Source of the DNA: a virus
Taxonomy: Duplodnaviria; Heunggongvirae; Uroviricota; Caudoviricetes
Direction: 5' to 3' (one strand)
DNA: 64,000 nt
IMG/VR virus record: IMGVR_UViG_3300042894_001948
Each line of letters begins with the position of its first letter. Position 1 is the first letter of the stretch. Under the pieces are notes generated by a model. It did no database searches, had not been told where the DNA came from, and worked only from the letters and a program-made list of their open reading frames with translations. Of the stretch, positions 59,869 through 64,000 are shown in pieces. Position numbers and translations under genes: made by a program.

Positions 59869-60182
59869 GTTATGTCCCTTACTGGAATTGCAGTAAACAA
59901 TTCGTCAAGATCATAGTCGTCAACTGTATCTTCGTGTGTCCAAAACCCCCAATGATCAGCATCAAACCAATAGGAATTAAACTCCTCTAACTCTGGAAGG
60001 ACTTCGGGATTCTCAAAATCATTACCCGGATCTACTGTGTTTACTAACATGTCAGCTTCTTCGTTAGTTGGCAATCGCCATCCTTTCTTTCCATCAATTT
60101 CAAGGAATAGGCAATACATTGCTCCTTGGTCGTAAGGAGTGTCTGCTAACCATTTGTCGCGTGGTGCTATTTCAAAGTTCAT
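59865..60182 (-). CDS. DUF1566/Lcl-like paralog
   Basis: IDGKKGWRLPT..PVRD. Confidence 0.75.
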   Translation of the reverse strand: MNFEIAPRDKWLADTPYDQGAMYCLFLEIDGKKGWRLPTNEEADMLVNTVDPGNDFENPEVLPELEEFNSYWFDADHWGFWTHEDTVDDYDLDELFTAIPVRDIT

Positions 60183-60385
60183 TTTATGTCCCTCACAGGT
60201 TTTACATACCACTTGCGTTTAGTAATCTCAGCATCTTTATACCAAGAGTTCCCATCTACAAATTCATGAAAGGTTGGAAGTCGCCATCCTTTCTTACCAT
60301 TGTAAGTAAACCAGAAGCAATACATTATTGCTTCATCATAAGTCATTTTGTTTTCGGATCTTGGTCCATGTTCTACGTGTGCCAT
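60179..60385 (-). CDS. Mini DUF1566/Lcl-like paralog
   Basis: NGKKGWRLPT..PVRD; promoter upstream. Confidence 0.75.
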   Translation of the reverse strand: MAHVEHGPRSENKMTYDEAIMYCFWFTYNGKKGWRLPTFHEFVDGNSWYKDAEITKRKWYVKPVRDIK

Positions 60386-60458
60386 AGTTATGTACTCCGT
60401 AAGGTTTGTAAATAAAAACATATTATAGCAAAATATTTATTAGTAAGCAAATGGTAAT

Positions 60459-60677
60459 TTAGTCAGAGTCCCGCACTGGGGTTACTTTGAAAAGATCAGA
60501 TGTTGATGATCTAACATCATCTTGATGCCATCCCCATATTTTGACAGAAGAATTATATTCTTCTCTTGTAGGTAGTCTCCATCCTTTTTTGCCGTCTATA
60601 ATAAGAAAAAAGCAGTACATCATTGCTTCCTCGTATGTAAATTGTTTATCAATTGTTGGTAATATTTCTATGCTCAT
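60459..60677 (-). CDS. Mini DUF1566/Lcl-like paralog
   Basis: IDGKKGWRLPT..PVRD. Confidence 0.75.
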   Translation of the reverse strand: MSIEILPTIDKQFTYEEAMMYCFFLIIDGKKGWRLPTREEYNSSVKIWGWHQDDVRSSTSDLFKVTPVRDSD

Positions 60678-60679
60678 GT

Positions 60680-60814
60680 TACAGCGGGGCCTATAGTTCG
60701 AACTGGTAATGCAAATGCTGGAAAGGTATCCTTCCGTGAAGCGGCATGCCAGCCGTGTATGTCTGGATCATTACGAAATTCATATGGGGTAAGCATTCGC
60801 CAATCATAATAATC
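60680..60814 (-). pseudogene. 5'-truncated remnant of a DUF1566-like paralog
   Basis: Frame reads DYYDWRML...LPVRTI with no start. Confidence 0.55.
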
Positions 60815-61519
60815 CTATTTTGTTCTAATTACAAATCCACTAGTGTCTTTACGTGCGCGACCTTTTGCCTTAAGACCTACAATTACACCTGTCGGATCAA
60901 GGAATCGTAAGTCAGTGTCGTCGCCATCAAATACAGTCATACCGTCATATGTTAATGGAGTTTTATCAAATACATAAGCAACATTCATACCGTTAGCAAT
61001 AGCATAATCAACTTCTGCTTGATTAGACTCGCCTCTAGAGAATGTTAAATGATAGTTATGGATGTGTCCAACTTTACGATGCAACACCTTAGTGTAGTCG
61101 TAGAATTGAACAGTTGGAAATAGTTCAAAGATATTCATACCGTTAATTTTGTATTTCTCCCATGAGAGATCACTTGTGCCATTGAGGCGAAATACAGGAA
61201 TAAGACCTTTCTTTGTAGCTTGTTTGATTGCACGTTGGATGTCAAGCACTAGAGCTTCTAAGAAGCTGTCGCGTCCGGTGGCAAACCATTTTGTTTTGCG
61301 TATGCGAGCTTGTTGAACTACACTGTCTTCAATGTCAGTGTACATGCCGCCGTGACCTGAAGTGTTTAGGCAACCTATTTTGCAACCTAGTGTTGCTTTT
61401 GGGCAAGTGTTGATAACACCACTGAGATCAGATGGTGATAAGTGTAAGACATAAGTAGCATATCCCAACTTAACACCTTTCTGTGTTTTGATGTTGCTAG
61501 TAGATAATAAAAGAAACAT
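60815..61519 (-). CDS. Gp88-like phage protein
   Basis: CP.A..GC...CL..SG, RLNGTSD..W, QFYDYTK, YHLTFS, GD..DLRFLDP..GLKAKG. Confidence 0.7.
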   Translation of the reverse strand: MFLLLSTSNIKTQKGVKLGYATYVLHLSPSDLSGVINTCPKATLGCKIGCLNTSGHGGMYTDIEDSVVQQARIRKTKWFATGRDSFLEALVLDIQRAIKQATKKGLIPVFRLNGTSDLSWEKYKINGMNIFELFPTVQFYDYTKVLHRKVGHIHNYHLTFSRGESNQAEVDYAIANGMNVAYVFDKTPLTYDGMTVFDGDDTDLRFLDPTGVIVGLKAKGRARKDTSGFVIRTK

Positions 61520-61588
61520 TGCAAGCTCCGCGTGTTAGTAAGTAAAAACATATTATAACAAACTACACGCGGATGTGCAACAGGTTAT

Positions 61589-62626
61589 TTACTCTTGTAA
61601 AATATTAGTTAGCTCACTTGCAATCTCAGTAACATCTTCTGGTGAGAGTTTATCCAATGCTAGTTTTAATATATCTAAAACTACTTCTGCAGGTGCTTCA
61701 TCTAACATACTTAATATTAAGTCTGCAGGAGTGTCGTCATGCAACTTACAAGGTTTAAAGAAACCAGTTTCTCTTAACAACTCAGTAGCATCTTCTAAGG
61801 TACCAGGACCAGTGTATTCAATAATACTAGGTTCACGCTCATGCCAATGTGTGCCCCAATCAAGAATAATGTGTTCTAAGTATTCACTAATTGGTTGATC
61901 ATCAAGTTCTTCTTTTTCATCCCAATACTTAGCTGACACTACTTCAAACTTAGGAGTAGCTGAGATAATTGGAGTAAAATAGTAATGTGTATATACATGA
62001 TACGCATCACGATCCTCATCATCGGCTGCAGTTTTCTTAACACCTACACCTAATACTTTTTTAGCGGCTTTATCAAGAATATCGCGTAGTGGACTCTGAG
62101 TCGATTTAGTTGTAGTTTGAACTGTTGGTGCTGTAGTTTGTGGTGCAACCGTTGCATCGTCGTCTGGGTCTGTAAATAACTCTTCTATAGAAACTTGCTG
62201 ATCATATGTACCAGTACCGATCTCATCTTCAGGTTGAATACAGAATGGACTAGTTAGATCAAGTTCTACTTTTGAAATGTCAGTTCTTAATTTCATCGAT
62301 TCAAAGAAATTAGTCTTCTTATCTGGATTCTCAAGATGTTTGATTAAGTCTTTAAACTCTGCTTCAAAGAGTATCATAGCTTGAAAGTTCTTAGATGTTA
62401 ATTCTAAACTACCGTTATCGACTGCAGAGTACACACCGTATACAGCGTGAATAGGAGAAACATTTTGTTGTAAAAATGTAATAAATTTATTCGAACCTTT
62501 AGGATAGTTTGGTAGCCATGCTTGTAAATGTTCAATAAGTTCTAATGCTTCATTATTAGACAGTGTAGTTTCTACTGTATCTCCTTCGAGAATTGAAATA
62601 GCAATAGATTCAAGTGGTTTTGGCAT
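61589..62626 (-). CDS. Hypothetical acidic protein
   Basis: AGGAG SD; long ORF. Confidence 0.75.
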   Translation of the reverse strand: MPKPLESIAISILEGDTVETTLSNNEALELIEHLQAWLPNYPKGSNKFITFLQQNVSPIHAVYGVYSAVDNGSLELTSKNFQAMILFEAEFKDLIKHLENPDKKTNFFESMKLRTDISKVELDLTSPFCIQPEDEIGTGTYDQQVSIEELFTDPDDDATVAPQTTAPTVQTTTKSTQSPLRDILDKAAKKVLGVGVKKTAADDEDRDAYHVYTHYYFTPIISATPKFEVVSAKYWDEKEELDDQPISEYLEHIILDWGTHWHEREPSIIEYTGPGTLEDATELLRETGFFKPCKLHDDTPADLILSMLDEAPAEVVLDILKLALDKLSPEDVTEIASELTNILQE

Positions 62627-62642
62627 AATGTACTCCTGTGTG

Positions 62643-62864
62643 TTATTGGCTAAGTTCATTGTAAACAAGTTGTAGAACTTCTACTTCGTGTGATATTTCA
62701 CTATCGTCACGATCAGCTCCGCATTCTTCACAATGATGTTTAATTACTGGTTGTATATAATCGTGAGAGCAATCACAATCCCAATAGTTTTGATTTAAAA
62801 GTGTTTCTTCGTCATACATTACTACGGCATCGCCGTGATGGTTTATTCCTACTAGCATTTCCAT
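62643..62864 (-). CDS. Small Zn-binding protein (YWDC.C...C..C), similar to 48014..48235
   Basis: SD; Cys pattern. Confidence 0.6.
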   Translation of the reverse strand: MEMLVGINHHGDAVVMYDEETLLNQNYWDCDCSHDYIQPVIKHHCEECGADRDDSEISHEVEVLQLVYNELSQ

Positions 62865-62903
62865 TTGTAGCTCCTGCAGTTGTTGTAAAGTGTTTATTAT
62901 ATA

Positions 62904-63164
62904 TTAGTGTGTTTTATTTGTCAAACGGTATTCTATCCGAATAGCGTCCCAAGGCAATCCGTCAATTACATTATTAGGGATTACTGTTAGTGAGCGGTAT
63001 ATTTGATCATGATTAGGAATGATAATGCGTCGTTCGATCTTTTCAGAATCTGCTAAATCAGTTAGCATCCTTGCAAAATCATATGGATCACATCTACACA
63101 GGTCGTAAAGTTCTATTGGAGTCTTTGCACCAGATTGAAGTGCAGATAAGATAATTTTTTGCAT
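62904..63164 (-). CDS. Small winged-HTH-like protein
   Basis: IILSALQSGAKTPIEL...L..L....KIERR. Confidence 0.5.
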   Translation of the reverse strand: MQKIILSALQSGAKTPIELYDLCRCDPYDFARMLTDLADSEKIERRIIIPNHDQIYRSLTVIPNNVIDGLPWDAIRIEYRLTNKTH

Positions 63165-63272
63165 AACTTCTCCTTTTTACTGTGTGAATGTTTAAAACAA
63201 ATTAAAGTATAAAGTAAACTTTACAAATTGTCAAATGAAAGTTTACTTTATATATGTTACAGCGGGGCCTTT

Positions 63273-64000
63273 TTACCAGAACTTTAGTTTCTTAGCAGCG
63301 TGTTCTAACTCATGTGCTGCACGGTTAGCAGCGTCCTGTGTTGCTCTAGCAGCATCATTTGCAGCTTGGGCTGCTCGATCCATAGCTGCTTGTGCTTCTC
63401 TTGCTGCTTGTTGTGCCTGTTCAACTGCTGCAATGGCTGCTTGTTCAGCTTCTCTAGCGGCACGTTCTGCTTGCGCTTGTGCTTCTCTTGCAATACGATT
63501 TGCTTCTTCATTAGCAATACGAGCAGCTTCTTGTGCTTCTCTAGCAACAACTTCTGCTTGCTCATTAGCAATACGTGCTGATTCTAAGGCTGCTTGCTCT
63601 GCTAGTTTTGCAGTTTCATCAGCTACTAGAGTGGCTGCGTCTACAACTGGAGTAGTATCAACTGATAATTCAGCATTAAATTCTACACCAGCTAATAACT
63701 CTATTTCACCTTCTACACCTATGCTAACAGTATTGCCGTGTACAGTTGCACCACCTCCAACTTCTGCACCAGCTTGTAATCCAATACTAACACCTGCACC
63801 TGCTTCAGCAGTTACTCCATGGCTTTCTGCTACTGCATTAGCTTCTACACCAACACTTGCACCTACTGATGCCCCTGCGTGTCCTTCTGCGCCATGTAAC
63901 CCGACTGATGCTTCGGCTTCAACACCGGCATGAGCTTCAGCATACGCGCCACCCGAAACACTAACTGTACCAACATCTTCATTACCAACTGATGCACTTG
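63273..64000 (-). CDS. Partial ORF: Gly/Ala/Val-rich beta repeats followed by an Ala/Glu coiled coil, ends KKLKFW
   Basis: Open minus frame from window end to TAA at 63273; not in the supplied track because the start lies outside. Confidence 0.75.
   Translation of the reverse strand, partial: SASVGNEDVGTVSVSGGAYAEAHAGVEAEASVGLHGAEGHAGASVGASVGVEANAVAESHGVTAEAGAGVSIGLQAGAEVGGGATVHGNTVSIGVEGEIELLAGVEFNAELSVDTTPVVDAATLVADETAKLAEQAALESARIANEQAEVVAREAQEAARIANEEANRIAREAQAQAERAAREAEQAAIAAVEQAQQAAREAQAAMDRAAQAANDAARATQDAANRAAHELEHAAKKLKFW

Larger units (their letters stand above)
22320..61585 (-). promoter_or_regulatory. About 40 dispersed sigma70-type early promoters (TTGCA/TTTACA-N17-TGCTATAAT/TATACT)
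   Basis: On +: AAAAACATATTATAGCAAA...(TGCAA|GTAAAG), e.g. 38435, 42432, 43111, 43620, 45795, 46210, 47532, 50905, 51522, 53101, 53925, 55602, 60419. Confidence 0.85.
21120..63270 (+). repeat. Dispersed polar motif (T)ACAGCGGGG(Y)C, 16 copies
   Basis: 21120, 21336, 21561, 21784, 21830, 23701, 25364, 27649, 29641, 31395, 48279, 48566, 52105, 58910, 60680, 63258. Confidence 0.9.

Noticed and set aside
63235-63933. 232-aa + strand ORF
   Set aside because: Antisense shadow of the Ala-rich minus-strand gene
1-64000. Alternative genetic code
   Set aside because: Core genes are full length in code 11; short ORFs have their own SDs, coupled starts and all three stops

Overview
A 64-kb piece of a large, AT-rich, T4-like (jumbo-type) dsDNA phage genome. 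Bases 1-18.6 kb (+ strand) are a core block: the end of the large terminase, probable virion proteins, gp32 SSB, UvsX/UvsY/UvsW, a 2OG-Fe(II) oxygenase, a 190-aa DnaE-like protein, primase and gp41 helicase. Bases 18.7-21.9 kb are mostly non-coding and repeat-rich, a candidate terminus or origin. Bases 21.9-64 kb are a minus-strand early/accessory region of about 100 small genes driven by about 40 near-identical sigma70-type promoters, with 3 tRNAs and a tRNA-like RNA. The most unusual signals are five. (1) Islands of up to ~590 bp completely lack GA/GG/TC/CC dinucleotides; they cover promoters, gene 5' ends and one whole gene whose protein has no D/E/G/P/W, suggesting selection for modification-free DNA. 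(2) A three-hairpin minus-strand RNA has loops complementary to the phage's own GGAGCG Shine-Dalgarno. (3) A 22-gene tandem array (about 32 copies in the window) encodes mini DUF1566/Lcl-like proteins. (4) One of those copies carries a typical DGR variable-region signature. (5) Two polar dispersed motifs occur, TACAGCGGGG and CGGCATTCCGG. All calls are from reading the sequence by eye; no searches were run.
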